Source of the DNA: Thermoplasmata archaeon
Lineage (GTDB): Archaea > Thermoplasmatota > Thermoplasmata > Lutacidiplasmatales > UBA184
Assembly (NCBI GenBank): GCA_035504395.1
Contig: DATJRX010000032.1
Span: 1,510 to 65,509 of the forward strand
Direction: 5' to 3'
DNA length: 64,000 bases
A program made the position numbers and the translations under genes. Below the pieces are notes generated by a model. It made no database searches and was not told the origin of the DNA. It was given only the letters and a program-made list of their open reading frames with translations. Shown in pieces: positions 1 to 8,836 of this stretch (the stretch's first letter is position 1; every line of letters starts with the position of its first letter).

Positions 1-960
1 AACCGGCTCGCCGACGGCGCCCACATCTCGAGCGCCTCGTTCGGCGCGTTCGGCCTCCGCGGCGTGAAGCCGGTCTACTACGCGTGGGACGCCGAGCGGA
101 TGACGATCGACGTCGCCCGCTCCCGCGAGATCCTGCGGGCCGTCCGGCCGAAGCTCTGCCTGTTCGGGCTGTCGCTGTTCCTGTTCCCGCTCCCGATCGA
201 CGAGCTGCGCCCGACGCTCGAGGAGATCGGGGCGAAGGGCTGGTACGACGGCGCGCACGTCTTGGGGCTGATCGCCGGCGGCGTTTTCCAGGACCCGCTC
301 CGCGAGGGGTGCAGCGTGATCAGCGCGTCGACGCACAAGACGCTCCCCGGACCCCAGCACGGGATCCTCCTCGGCGACGGCCTCGACCCCGAGGTCCAGA
401 AGCGCCTGCAGTCGGGCGCGTTCCCCGGCGTGACCAGCAACCACCACCTGAACGCGATGGCGGCCCTCACGGTGAGCCTCGCGGAGCAGATCGAGTTCGG
501 GCGCGCCTACGCGACCCAGATCGTCGCGAACGCGCGCGCCCTCGCCCAGGCGCTCCACGACAAGGGGTTCGACGTGCTCGCGGCGGACCTGGGGTTCACG
601 CGCTCCCACACCCTCGCCGTCCGCGTCGAGCGGGAGGGCGGCGGGGAGGACGTCGCGCGCCGCCTTGCGGCGAGCGGGATCATCTCGAACAAGAACCTCC
701 TCCCCGGCGACAAGAGCCCGAAGCACCCGGGCGGCGTGCGCCTCGGGACCCCCGAGGTCACGCGCGTCGGCATGAAGGAGCGCGAGATGGCCCGGATCGC
801 CGAGCTGTTCGACGACCTCCTCCACCGCGGGCGCCCCCCCGAGGAGGTGCGGGCCGCCGCGGCCGAGCTCAAGCGCGGGTTCACCACCCTGCAGTACTGC
901 TTCGGCGCGGGGGAGGCGGCGTACCGCTACTACGATCTCACCGGGCGCGACCCGGCCTAG
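1..960 (+). CDS. glyA: serine hydroxymethyltransferase, C-terminal part (5' end lies outside the window)
   Basis: Frame 1 is open from nt 1 to the stop at 958-960. It contains the SHMT PLP-lysine motif SASTHKTLPGPQHG. Confidence 0.9.
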   Translation, partial: NRLADGAHISSASFGAFGLRGVKPVYYAWDAERMTIDVARSREILRAVRPKLCLFGLSLFLFPLPIDELRPTLEEIGAKGWYDGAHVLGLIAGGVFQDPLREGCSVISASTHKTLPGPQHGILLGDGLDPEVQKRLQSGAFPGVTSNHHLNAMAALTVSLAEQIEFGRAYATQIVANARALAQALHDKGFDVLAADLGFTRSHTLAVRVEREGGGEDVARRLAASGIISNKNLLPGDKSPKHPGGVRLGTPEVTRVGMKEREMARIAELFDDLLHRGRPPEEVRAAAAELKRGFTTLQYCFGAGEAAYRYYDLTGRDPA

Positions 961-3740
961 GGCTCGTCGTCCCGGGTCGCGGCCGCGCGGAGCCGGAGCG
1001 CGCGGTCGAGCTCCTCGGGATCGACGACCACGGTGACCGCGTCGTCCGGCTCGGGCGCGAGCGCGAACCGCGCCCCGCCCTGGCCCGCGTCCGTGGCCGC
1101 GAGCGTCCCGTCGGTCACGAGCGACGCGACCCAGTCCGCGAGGTCGGGCGGCGCCGGCGGCGGCGCCCACCGGGCCGCGATCCCGGCGAGGTCGATCGCC
1201 CCCGCGTCGCGGACGATCTCGATCGCCGCCGCGCGCCCTTCGGCCAGGCGGAGGAGCTCGGGGTCGTCGTCCGGGGCCTCCCGGGAGTCCCGCGAGGGGA
1301 TCGACCGGCGCCGCCACGCGAGGATGCCGAGGGCGGCGCCGGCGCCCGCGCCGGGCAGGACGGTCACGAGCAGCAGTTCCTCGGCGAGCGTCGGCGAGGG
1401 GACCCCCACCTCGATCGGGGCGAGGAGCGCGTCGCCCGCGAGGTCCGAGACCGTCACCGTCGCCGGGGTCGCCCCGGGGACGCTGTAGTTCACCCAGACC
1501 GCGGTCGCGGCCGGACCGACGCTCGCGGCGTACGCCCCGACCGTCGTCGAGCGGCTCCCGACGGTCGTGGTGACGAGCACTTCCGCGCCGGGGACCGGGT
1601 TCCCGAACCGATCGGTCACCCGCCAGAGCGTCGCCCCGGACCGGGTCCCGGACTCGGCGGGCGCGGGGTCGAAGAGCCGGAGCTCGCGGTCGTCCGGCAG
1701 GACCGTGAGCGCGAACGGGGCCGGCGGCGCAGGGCCCCCGTCGGCCACCGAGAGCCCGACGTCGATCGTCCCGGCGCTCGGCACGTCGATCGTCACCCGG
1801 AGCGTCCCGTTCGCCCACGCGCCCACGGGGACGTCGAACCATCCGGGGAGCGCGCTCGAGAGCGGACCGAGTCCGGTCGCGTTCACCCAGCCCGCGACAT
1901 CGCCGCCCGCGGCGGTGGTGAGCGAGATCTCGGCGGGCGACGCGTAGAGCGGGACCGTCGCGCCCGCCGGGTCGCGCGCCTCCCATTCGAGCACCGCCGC
2001 CGTGCCCGCGACCGTCGTCGGGGTCCCGGCCAGCGCAGCGGCGACGATCGACGTCGCCGGCCCCGCGAGGACCGTGGCCGAGAAGTCCGACCGGACCCGC
2101 GCGCCGAGCGCGTCGACGATCGTGAGCGAGACCGTCACCGGTCCGGCGGCCGGCGGAACGAACGTCGCCGAGAGGTTCCCGTCGTCGGACAGGTTCGCCT
2201 CCGCGAACGGTTGGGCGAGGTCGGTCGCGTTCCACCACGCCCGGGCCGGCCAGAGGCCGCCCGAGACCGAGGCCGACAGGACGGTCCCCGCGCCACCGGC
2301 GAGCGGGACGGTCGGCGGCGCGAGATCGACCCCGAGCGGCCCGGCGATCGTCGCGGTCGACACGGCCGATTGGTTCGCGCCGAGCGCGTCGACGACCCAC
2401 GCGGTGAGCGGATAGGTGCCGGGGGCACCGTACACGGGATCGAAGCTCCAGTCCGGACCGGACGAGGTCGAGCAGGCCACCGGCCCCGCGCCCGGCGCGA
2501 GGCACGCCCGGGCGAACGGGGCGGTGCCGGTGCCCGGGGCGACCCGCACGTCCACCGCGACGGCCGAGCCGACGTATCCGCGGGGCGCCCCCGGAACGAT
2601 CTCGACCCGAGGCGCGGGCGCGACCGAGATATTGGAAAGCCGGACGGTCGACGCGGAGGCTCCGTTCGACAGCGTCAGGCTCGGGGTCGCGGTGCCGTTG
2701 GCGGAGTACGCGAATGCGATCGCGCATCCGAGCGCGACGGGTCCCTCGGTCGCGTTCGGCACCGTGCAGGGCGCGGTCACGTTCGCGAGGCCGAGGCCCG
2801 GGTCGAGCGTCGTGGTGTAGGCGAGCCCGGGCGCGCCCGTCCCGTTCAGGGAGAACCCAACCGTCTCCCCCGCGTCCACCGTCGTCCGGTTCGCGGACGC
2901 GGCGACGATCATCGTCGGGACCGCGGCGAGGGCGACCGTCACGGAGGAGGTCGTCACCCAGCCGGCCGCCGTCGCGAGCTTCGCGTAGACCGAGAGGTTG
3001 CCCGGCGCCGCGCCGGCGGCGGCCGTGACGTTCGCGTCCGGTCCCGAGCCCGGAGGGTCGGCGAAGCTCCACCCTTCGCCCGAGAGGGACCAGCCGAAGA
3101 TCGGCGCGACCGGGCACGGGGTGCCGAGGACGCTCCAGGCGGACGCATCGAACGTCGCCACCGCGCCCGAGCTGACGGGCCACGTCGCGAACGCCGGCGC
3201 GAGGGAGACGTTCTCGAGGTCCAGGTAGAACTCGATGTGGAAGCGGGTCCCGTTCTGGGTCACGACCGGCTCGGTGCCGGTCGGGTACGGCGGGGCGGGC
3301 GCGAGGGTCACCGCCCCGTACGGCCCCGAGGTCGTGTTGCAGAACTGCACCCCGCCGACGGTTGGCCCGCAGACGACCTGGGGCGTCGCGAGGATCGAGA
3401 AGTTGTACTCGCCGTCGGGCGCGGCGTGGGTCGTGCCGTTCTCGACGTCGCACGCGTAGGCGTACGGCGCGCTGCCGTTGATGGCGGAGGCGACCTCCGC
3501 CTCGTACGAGTAGTTGATCGGCGTGACCGGGATGAACGTGGAGTCCTGGATCGCCACGGTCCCGTTGTACGCGCTCGGGAGCGGGGATCCCGCGCACACT
3601 CCCGAGGACGCGGCGCCGTACAGCGCCCGCGGACCGTCCCCCGGCGCCCCCGGGACCGCGAGGAGCCCGGTGCCAAGCGCGGCGCCCGCGACGAGCACGG
3701 CGAGCAGCACCGCGGTGCGGCGACCGGCACGGCCGGACAT
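957..3740 (-). CDS. large exported, membrane-anchored surface glycoprotein (S-layer/adhesin-like), function unknown
   Basis: N-terminal signal/TM segment (RRTAVLLAVLVAGAALGTGLLAV). The Thr/Ala/Gly/Val-rich ectodomain carries many N-x-S/T sequons. There is a C-terminal TM (LLLVTVLPGAGAGAALGILAW) followed by a ~130-aa cytoplasmic tail. I chose the ATG at 3740; the ORF extends to 3800. Confidence 0.75.
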   Translation of the reverse strand: MSGRAGRRTAVLLAVLVAGAALGTGLLAVPGAPGDGPRALYGAASSGVCAGSPLPSAYNGTVAIQDSTFIPVTPINYSYEAEVASAINGSAPYAYACDVENGTTHAAPDGEYNFSILATPQVVCGPTVGGVQFCNTTSGPYGAVTLAPAPPYPTGTEPVVTQNGTRFHIEFYLDLENVSLAPAFATWPVSSGAVATFDASAWSVLGTPCPVAPIFGWSLSGEGWSFADPPGSGPDANVTAAAGAAPGNLSVYAKLATAAGWVTTSSVTVALAAVPTMIVAASANRTTVDAGETVGFSLNGTGAPGLAYTTTLDPGLGLANVTAPCTVPNATEGPVALGCAIAFAYSANGTATPSLTLSNGASASTVRLSNISVAPAPRVEIVPGAPRGYVGSAVAVDVRVAPGTGTAPFARACLAPGAGPVACSTSSGPDWSFDPVYGAPGTYPLTAWVVDALGANQSAVSTATIAGPLGVDLAPPTVPLAGGAGTVLSASVSGGLWPARAWWNATDLAQPFAEANLSDDGNLSATFVPPAAGPVTVSLTIVDALGARVRSDFSATVLAGPATSIVAAALAGTPTTVAGTAAVLEWEARDPAGATVPLYASPAEISLTTAAGGDVAGWVNATGLGPLSSALPGWFDVPVGAWANGTLRVTIDVPSAGTIDVGLSVADGGPAPPAPFALTVLPDDRELRLFDPAPAESGTRSGATLWRVTDRFGNPVPGAEVLVTTTVGSRSTTVGAYAASVGPAATAVWVNYSVPGATPATVTVSDLAGDALLAPIEVGVPSPTLAEELLLVTVLPGAGAGAALGILAWRRRSIPSRDSREAPDDDPELLRLAEGRAAAIEIVRDAGAIDLAGIAARWAPPPAPPDLADWVASLVTDGTLAATDAGQGGARFALAPEPDDAVTVVVDPEELDRALRLRAAATRDDEP

Positions 3741-3834
3741 CGGGACCCCTGCCCGCGACCCGAGGGAGGCGGTCCGGCCCGGACCGCACCACCCTGCCAA
3801 AAACCCTCCGTCGTCGGGCCGCCGGGAGTGAACG

Positions 3835-4788
3835 GTGCGGTGCGCGACGGCGTCTTACCGCGCCATCGGTCGGGGAGGCGTGGCCCGACCGACGGTGACC
3901 TGGATCACTCCGCCCCGGCTCGCGTCGCTGCCGGTCGAGCGGGCCCAGCTCGAGTACTCCTCGCGGGCGCTCGCGTTCGCGGACGATGGAGGGCGCCTCC
4001 TCCGCGCTTGGGGTCCGCCCGAGCGGCCGTGGGGGCTCGGCGTCGCCGCGGACGGGGCGCGGTGGCGCGTCGAGGCGTGGGGCGCGGGGCCGGCGGCCGC
4101 GCGGCAGGCGGCGCGGGAGCTGTTCTCGCTCGACCATCCGCTCGAGGAGTTCTACCGGCTCGTCCGTTGCGAGCCGGTGCTCCGCGGTACTGAGCGGCGG
4201 TTCCGGGGCCTGCGCATCCCCCGGGACGCGAGCCTGTACGAGGCCCTGCTCTACGCGATCGTCGGCCAGCAGCTCTCGGTGCGGGCAGCGAGCGCGATCC
4301 TGCGCCGCCTTCTCGACCGCGCCGGGGCGCCGCTCCTCGTGGACGGCATCGAGGTCTCGGCGGTGCCGCGCCCGACGCGCCTGGCCGCGCTCCCGGTCGA
4401 GGAGCTGCGGGGGCTCGGGCTCAGCGCCGCCAAGTCGCGGGCGATCCTCGCGCTCGCCGGGACGGTCCGCCGCCGGTCCCTCGCCCCGGCGACCCTCCGC
4501 GCCCTGCCGCGCGCGGACGCCATCGCGCGGCTCGACGCGCTCCCGGGGGTCGGGCGGTGGACCGCGGAGAACGCGCTCCTCCGCGGCGCGGGCCGGACCG
4601 ACCTGTTCGTCGCGGGCGACCTCGGCCTTCGCGCGGCGCTCGCCCGCTACGCGGGGATCGAGCGGGAGCGGCCGGAGGACGTCGCACGGGCCTGGGCCGA
4701 GGCGTGGTACCCCGGATGGGGGAGCTACGCGACGCTCTACCTCTGGCGGAAGATGGTCGCGGACCGTTCGCTCATGGTCGCCGGCTGA
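3835..4788 (+). CDS. HhH-GPD superfamily DNA glycosylase (AlkA / 3-methyladenine glycosylase II-like)
   Basis: Contains LLYAIVGQQLSVRAASAILRRL and the helix-hairpin-helix LPGVGRWTAENALLRG, followed by the catalytic-Asp region FVAGDLGLRAAL. GTG start at 3835; an alternative in-frame GTG is at 3895. Confidence 0.8.
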   Translation: MRCATASYRAIGRGGVARPTVTWITPPRLASLPVERAQLEYSSRALAFADDGGRLLRAWGPPERPWGLGVAADGARWRVEAWGAGPAAARQAARELFSLDHPLEEFYRLVRCEPVLRGTERRFRGLRIPRDASLYEALLYAIVGQQLSVRAASAILRRLLDRAGAPLLVDGIEVSAVPRPTRLAALPVEELRGLGLSAAKSRAILALAGTVRRRSLAPATLRALPRADAIARLDALPGVGRWTAENALLRGAGRTDLFVAGDLGLRAALARYAGIERERPEDVARAWAEAWYPGWGSYATLYLWRKMVADRSLMVAG

Positions 4789-4800
4789 CCGCGTCCGTCC

Positions 4801-5328
4801 TCAACCGCCGAGGGGGAACGCCCGCACGACCCGGTGCTCGGGGCCCTGCGGGGTGAGCGTGCTCTCCTTCAGGGCGAGCTCCTCGACGCGCACCGGCGCG
4901 GCGGACGGGGCCGGCAGCGTCCCATCGAGCAGCGCCCGCGCGCGCTCCCGATCGCCCCGGGAACGGACCCGGAAGAGCGTGACGTGCGGCACGAGCTCCC
5001 GTCCTTCCGCCGGGAGGCCGACGGTCGCGAGCGCGGCGTCGAGGCGGTGCCCGAGGGCGGCGACCTCCGCGCGCCCGCGCCCGACCCCGAGCCAGACGAC
5101 GCGCGGCCGCTCGGGCGACGGGAAGGCGCCGATCCCTTCGAGCCCGAGGTCGAACGGCGCCGTGCCGCGCGCGACCGCCGGCAGCACGTCGAGGATCCGG
5201 TCGATCTCGCCGGGCCCCACCTCGCCGAAGAAGCGCAGGGTGAGGTGCGACGGCGCCGCGGCCGCGGATCCCGCCCCGAACCCGGGGCCGACGGGGCGTC
5301 CTACATCGATCGCGAGGAACGCGCGCAC
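4801..5328 (-). CDS. thpR: 2H phosphoesterase (RNA 2',3'-cyclic phosphodiesterase / LigT-ThpR family)
   Basis: Two H-x-T-x motifs at the expected spacing (HLTLRF and HVTLFR) in a protein of ~175 aa. It lies 24 nt downstream of the ATPase gene on the same strand. Confidence 0.85.
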   Translation of the reverse strand: MRAFLAIDVGRPVGPGFGAGSAAAAPSHLTLRFFGEVGPGEIDRILDVLPAVARGTAPFDLGLEGIGAFPSPERPRVVWLGVGRGRAEVAALGHRLDAALATVGLPAEGRELVPHVTLFRVRSRGDRERARALLDGTLPAPSAAPVRVEELALKESTLTPQGPEHRVVRAFPLGG

Positions 5329-5352
5329 GCGCCGGCCACGGTCCTCGAGCTC

Positions 5353-7911
5353 TTACCGACCGCGCGCCCCGGGCTCGATCGGCTCGGTCGGCGCTCCGCG
5401 GAGCACCCAGACGATCGCGCGGTCCCGACCGGCCCCGATCCGGCCGAGCGACGCCCGCACGGCCCGGGCGTGCGCAGCGGTCCCGACCACGAACAGCACG
5501 ACCGCGCCCCGGGCGGCCGCCTTCGAGAGGTCGTGGCGGATCCGCTCCGCCCGGCGCGCCCCCGTCACCTCCGCCTCGACATGCACGTTCCGCCCGCCGA
5601 AGTACCGCCAGGCCCATCCGGTCCTAAGCCGGTCGATCGCTCCGGCGAGCTCCCCGGGCGCGGCGCCGGTGACGGCCGGCGGAAGCTGGTCGAGCCGCGC
5701 GTCGGGGAGCGTCGTGTCGAACCGCCCCTGCCGGAGGATCTCCATCCGGTACCCCCGCCGGGCGAGGACTCGGAACGCGGCCAGGAGGAGGCGGCGGTGC
5801 TCGGCGCTCTCGCGCGTCGCCTCGGTCGGCGCTCCGAGGCCCAGGCTCCGAGCGCCGGCGTCGGTGAGACGGACCCCGAGGGGTCCGACCTCGACCCAGC
5901 GCTCGCGCACGACGGTCGGCCAGGCGTCGCTGAGGCGGGCTGCATCGATCGGGAGCCCCGGGAGGGCGAGCGCCGCCGCGACCACCGCGCCCTCGGAGAG
6001 CGGCCTGCCGTTCTCCTCGGCCGCGAGCACCGCGAGGAGGAGCCGTTCGATGGCGTCCGACGTCCCGGCGGGGCTCGACGGGCGCGGCGGGGGCCCGAGC
6101 GCGCGCGTCCGGTCGACCTCGATCGCCCAGGACGCCATCGGGTCGGCCGGAGGGTCGGGCCCGGGCGGCACGGGCACGAGCCGGCCGGTCTCGGGATCGA
6201 GTTCGACCGCGCGTCCGACCGGCAGGTGGGGGAGGATCGCCTCGGACTCCTCCCGGGCGAGACCCAGCCAGCCGCCCGCCTCGGCCGCCGCGGGCGGCGG
6301 GACGCGGAACGCGACGAACTGCGTCGAGGCGCCGGCGGCCGCCGCGCGGAGCTCGGGCGCGAGCCGCTCGGGGTACTGGGTCGCGACGATCGCCCGAAGC
6401 CCGTACTTCCGCCCCTCGGCGAGCACCTCGGCGACCAGGCGCGGCGAGAACCCGTGGACCTCGTCGAGCACGACCAGGACCTCGCGCACCCGCGGGAGCG
6501 GCCCCTCGCCCGCGACGCCGAGGAAGGCGCGGGCGAGCAGCAGGGTACCCGCGAACGCGGCCGCCTCGGGTCCGAGCTGGGCGAGCGGGAGGCGCACCAG
6601 CACCGCGCCCGCGTCGCCGAGGATCGCCTCGAGCGGGAGGCCGCCCTCGGGCGGGGCGAGCAGCTCGGCGAGCGCCGGCACGAGGACGACCTTCGAGAGC
6701 CGCGTCGCGGCGGACCAGAGGAACTCCGGATTCCGCCGGACGACCGGCCGCAGCTCGTCGAGGAACCGGCCGAGCTCGGGGCGTCGGGTGCCGAGGCGGG
6801 CGGCGTCCCTCCGGTCCTCGCTCGTCAACAGGTCGTACAGGTCGACCAGCGTGCCGCCCGACTCGAGGACCAGGCGCACGAACGTGTCGTAGATCCGCTC
6901 GAGCCGGAAGCCCCAGTAGACATCGGTCCCGTCGGCGCTCAGGCGCTTCACCGCCGCGACCAGGACGGCCGCGATGCGGTCCTCGTCGGGCCCCCGGGGG
7001 AGTGCGGAGATGCCGGGCACGGGCGGCGCGCCCGCGTCGACCGCCACGACGCGCGCCCGGTCGCGCGGGCCGAGCCGCCCGACGACCGCCGGGGCGAGGT
7101 CGCCGTGCAGGTCGAGGACGATCGTCGCGACGCGGTCCCGGATCGCGTCGGCCGCGCGGCGGGCGAGGTACGTGGTCTTCCCCGCCCCGGACGCCCCGAA
7201 CACGACCGCGTGGCCGGTCGGCGCCCCGGTCGGGGTCGGGACGGTGGGCGCCCGCGGTTCGGCCGTCCCCGCGAGGAGGTCCGCGTCCCCCCGGCGCCAC
7301 GCGTCCCCCGCGAGGTCCGCGATCCGGCGCTCCCGCCAGCGCCGTCGGGCGGCGAACCCGGCGCGGTAGCGCACGGTCGTGGCCAGGCCCTCCCCCGACC
7401 ACTCGCGCGCGAGGGCCCGCCCCACGTCCGCGAGCCGCGCGGCACCGGCGACCGGGTCGGCCGCCGCGAACCGGAAGCGGCGCGCGGCGTACAGCCCCCC
7501 GTGGCGCCCGCGCAGCCAGAACGTCTGCACGGCGAGCCAATCCCCCCCGGCGAGCCGCTCCGAGATCGCGGGCGGGTCGAGCGGGACGGGATCGCCGCGG
7601 TCGCGCCCCGCGTCCGCGCCCGGGACGATCGACCCGATGCGGTCGAACGCGAGGCCGATCGGCTCGGGCGCGCGGCGCGCCGGGACCGGCGCCGGGAGCC
7701 CGAGCGGTCCCGGGCTCGCGTCGGCGGCCGCGCGGACGAGGGCGCCCGGGCGGACCGTCACCCACGGCCGCGGGTCGGCGCCCTCGTGCTCGAGGACCGC
7801 GCCCGCCGGCGCCGGCGCGGCGGCGATCTCGTGCGCGAGCGCGCGGTAGAAGATCCGGCGGAGGCGGTAGGGCGCGTCGACGCGCAGGCTCGCGCAGTCA
7901 GACGGCGGCAC
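5353..7911 (-). CDS. HerA/FtsK/VirD4-type (DUF87-like) P-loop NTPase with an unknown N-terminal domain and a C-terminal wHTH-like plus PD-(D/E)xK-like region
   Basis: Walker A GASGAGKTTYL, Walker B VLVVLDEVHGF, and a GRKYGLRAIVATQYPERL segment. The C-terminal ~120 aa (AEHRRLLLAAF...GRFDTTLPD...NVHVEAEV) resembles a nuclease core. The domain assignment beyond the ATPase is by eye only. Confidence 0.75.
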   Translation of the reverse strand: MPPSDCASLRVDAPYRLRRIFYRALAHEIAAAPAPAGAVLEHEGADPRPWVTVRPGALVRAAADASPGPLGLPAPVPARRAPEPIGLAFDRIGSIVPGADAGRDRGDPVPLDPPAISERLAGGDWLAVQTFWLRGRHGGLYAARRFRFAAADPVAGAARLADVGRALAREWSGEGLATTVRYRAGFAARRRWRERRIADLAGDAWRRGDADLLAGTAEPRAPTVPTPTGAPTGHAVVFGASGAGKTTYLARRAADAIRDRVATIVLDLHGDLAPAVVGRLGPRDRARVVAVDAGAPPVPGISALPRGPDEDRIAAVLVAAVKRLSADGTDVYWGFRLERIYDTFVRLVLESGGTLVDLYDLLTSEDRRDAARLGTRRPELGRFLDELRPVVRRNPEFLWSAATRLSKVVLVPALAELLAPPEGGLPLEAILGDAGAVLVRLPLAQLGPEAAAFAGTLLLARAFLGVAGEGPLPRVREVLVVLDEVHGFSPRLVAEVLAEGRKYGLRAIVATQYPERLAPELRAAAAGASTQFVAFRVPPPAAAEAGGWLGLAREESEAILPHLPVGRAVELDPETGRLVPVPPGPDPPADPMASWAIEVDRTRALGPPPRPSSPAGTSDAIERLLLAVLAAEENGRPLSEGAVVAAALALPGLPIDAARLSDAWPTVVRERWVEVGPLGVRLTDAGARSLGLGAPTEATRESAEHRRLLLAAFRVLARRGYRMEILRQGRFDTTLPDARLDQLPPAVTGAAPGELAGAIDRLRTGWAWRYFGGRNVHVEAEVTGARRAERIRHDLSKAAARGAVVLFVVGTAAHARAVRASLGRIGAGRDRAIVWVLRGAPTEPIEPGARGR

Positions 7912-8212
7912 GTCGGGCCTCCGCGCGCGCGATGGCGTCGAGCCGGTCGATCTCGTGCGCGAGCGCGGGGAGGCCGTTCACGCGCGCGAACGCGCGCAGG
8001 CGGTCGGTCCCGACGGCGTGGCGCACCGCGCGGTCGTACTCCCAGAGGCGCACGGTCCAGAGCGTGCGGCCGTCCGGGAACAGGTAGAGCCGGGCGCGGG
8101 GGCGATACGGTCCGGCGATCGGGAGCCGCAGCTCGCCGATGGCGCGGACGCGTCGGGTCGTTCGGCGGGGAATCGGTTGGGCGACGTCGCATTCGATGCC
8201 AGATGCATCCAC
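7898..8212 (-). CDS. hypothetical 104-aa protein, translationally coupled to the downstream ATPase
   Basis: Its 3' end overlaps the start of the 852-aa ATPase gene by 14 nt. Its composition is more protein-like than the surrounding Arg-rich artefact ORFs. No motif recognised. Confidence 0.5.
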   Translation of the reverse strand: MDASGIECDVAQPIPRRTTRRVRAIGELRLPIAGPYRPRARLYLFPDGRTLWTVRLWEYDRAVRHAVGTDRLRAFARVNGLPALAHEIDRLDAIARAEARRAAV

Positions 8213-8770
8213 GGTCGTTCACAAACCCTCCCGCCGCCGCCGAGCCTGCGGACGGTGGGGTTCGGTCGGGGTGCGGCGGGGTCCCGTCGCACCGGCGCGG
8301 TCGCCCGCCCTCGGACGGCTCGCCCGCGGCCGGACCACCGCGGAGGAACGAGGGACGGGGGTCCGGCGCGAGCGCCGGGAAGTCCGCTAGCGCGACGGCG
8401 CGCCCAACCACTGCGCGAGCGCTCGGCGGAACCGGCCGGGCGTTCGCTGGGGGCGGGCGGCCGGGAAGGACCCGTTCTCCTTCGCGGCGACGCCGGGCGT
8501 CAGCGGGTTAGGGTCGATCGCTCGGTCGGCGTTCGGCCTCGATCGGAACGATCGGGGGCGGCGACCGATGCGAGGACCCGGGTTCGGGTCAGGCCGGCGT
8601 CGGATTCGGTCGGAAGGTTCCCGCGGGCGATCGAGGGGGGAACGGTTCGGGACCGGTGGGGCGGCGCGCAGCCTCGCATTCGCCCGGCCCAGGCGGCGCC
8701 GGAGGTCGGCGCTTCCGCCCCCGCGGTCGATGAACGCTGAGGAGAAAGATCGGACGCCCCGAGAGGTTGT

Positions 8771-8836
8771 GGAAGGACCCCTCGCACGCCCAGGACACGG
8801 TGCTGTCCTCTGGGGGCGATGTGAAGGGGTCCTTCC
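8771..8836. other. 66-nt compound stem-loop inside an ORF-free gap (candidate structured RNA element)
   Basis: GGAAGGACCCCT (8771-8782) is the perfect reverse complement of AGGGGTCCTTCC (8825-8836). An inner stem pairs CCCAGGACA (8789-8797) with TGTCCTCTGGG (8804-8814): 9 bp, a 2-nt bulge and a hexaloop. Confidence 0.5.

Noticed and set aside
8376-8386. GGGAAGTCCGC resembling the RNase P RNA CR-I motif (GGAAAGUCCG), which made me suspect the 700-nt gap encodes RNase P RNA
   Set aside because: I found no CR-V partner (ACAGAA...GGCUUA, or any GCGGCUU/GCGGACUU strand able to form P4) on either strand, and no CR-II/III/IV equivalents. It is probably a chance match. An Infernal scan would settle it.
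84-8511. Very long track ORFs such as 84-4193 (1369 aa), 3986-6892 (968 aa), 4834-8511 (1225 aa), and later 47235-50384, 57740-60613 and 24361-26790
   Set aside because: Their translations are monotonous Arg/Gly/Pro/Asp/Glu strings with no motifs. They run antisense or out of frame to genes with clear family signatures. This is the classic long spurious ORF of very GC-rich DNA, where stop codons are rare.
8581-8660. GGGTCAGGCCGG...CGGAAGG resembling the SRP RNA helix 8 core (GUCAGGUCCGGAAGGAAGCAGC)
   Set aside because: The two halves are separated by an insertion, the AGCAGC part is missing, and no long helix-5-type 5'/3' pairing was evident. The evidence is insufficient to call SRP RNA.
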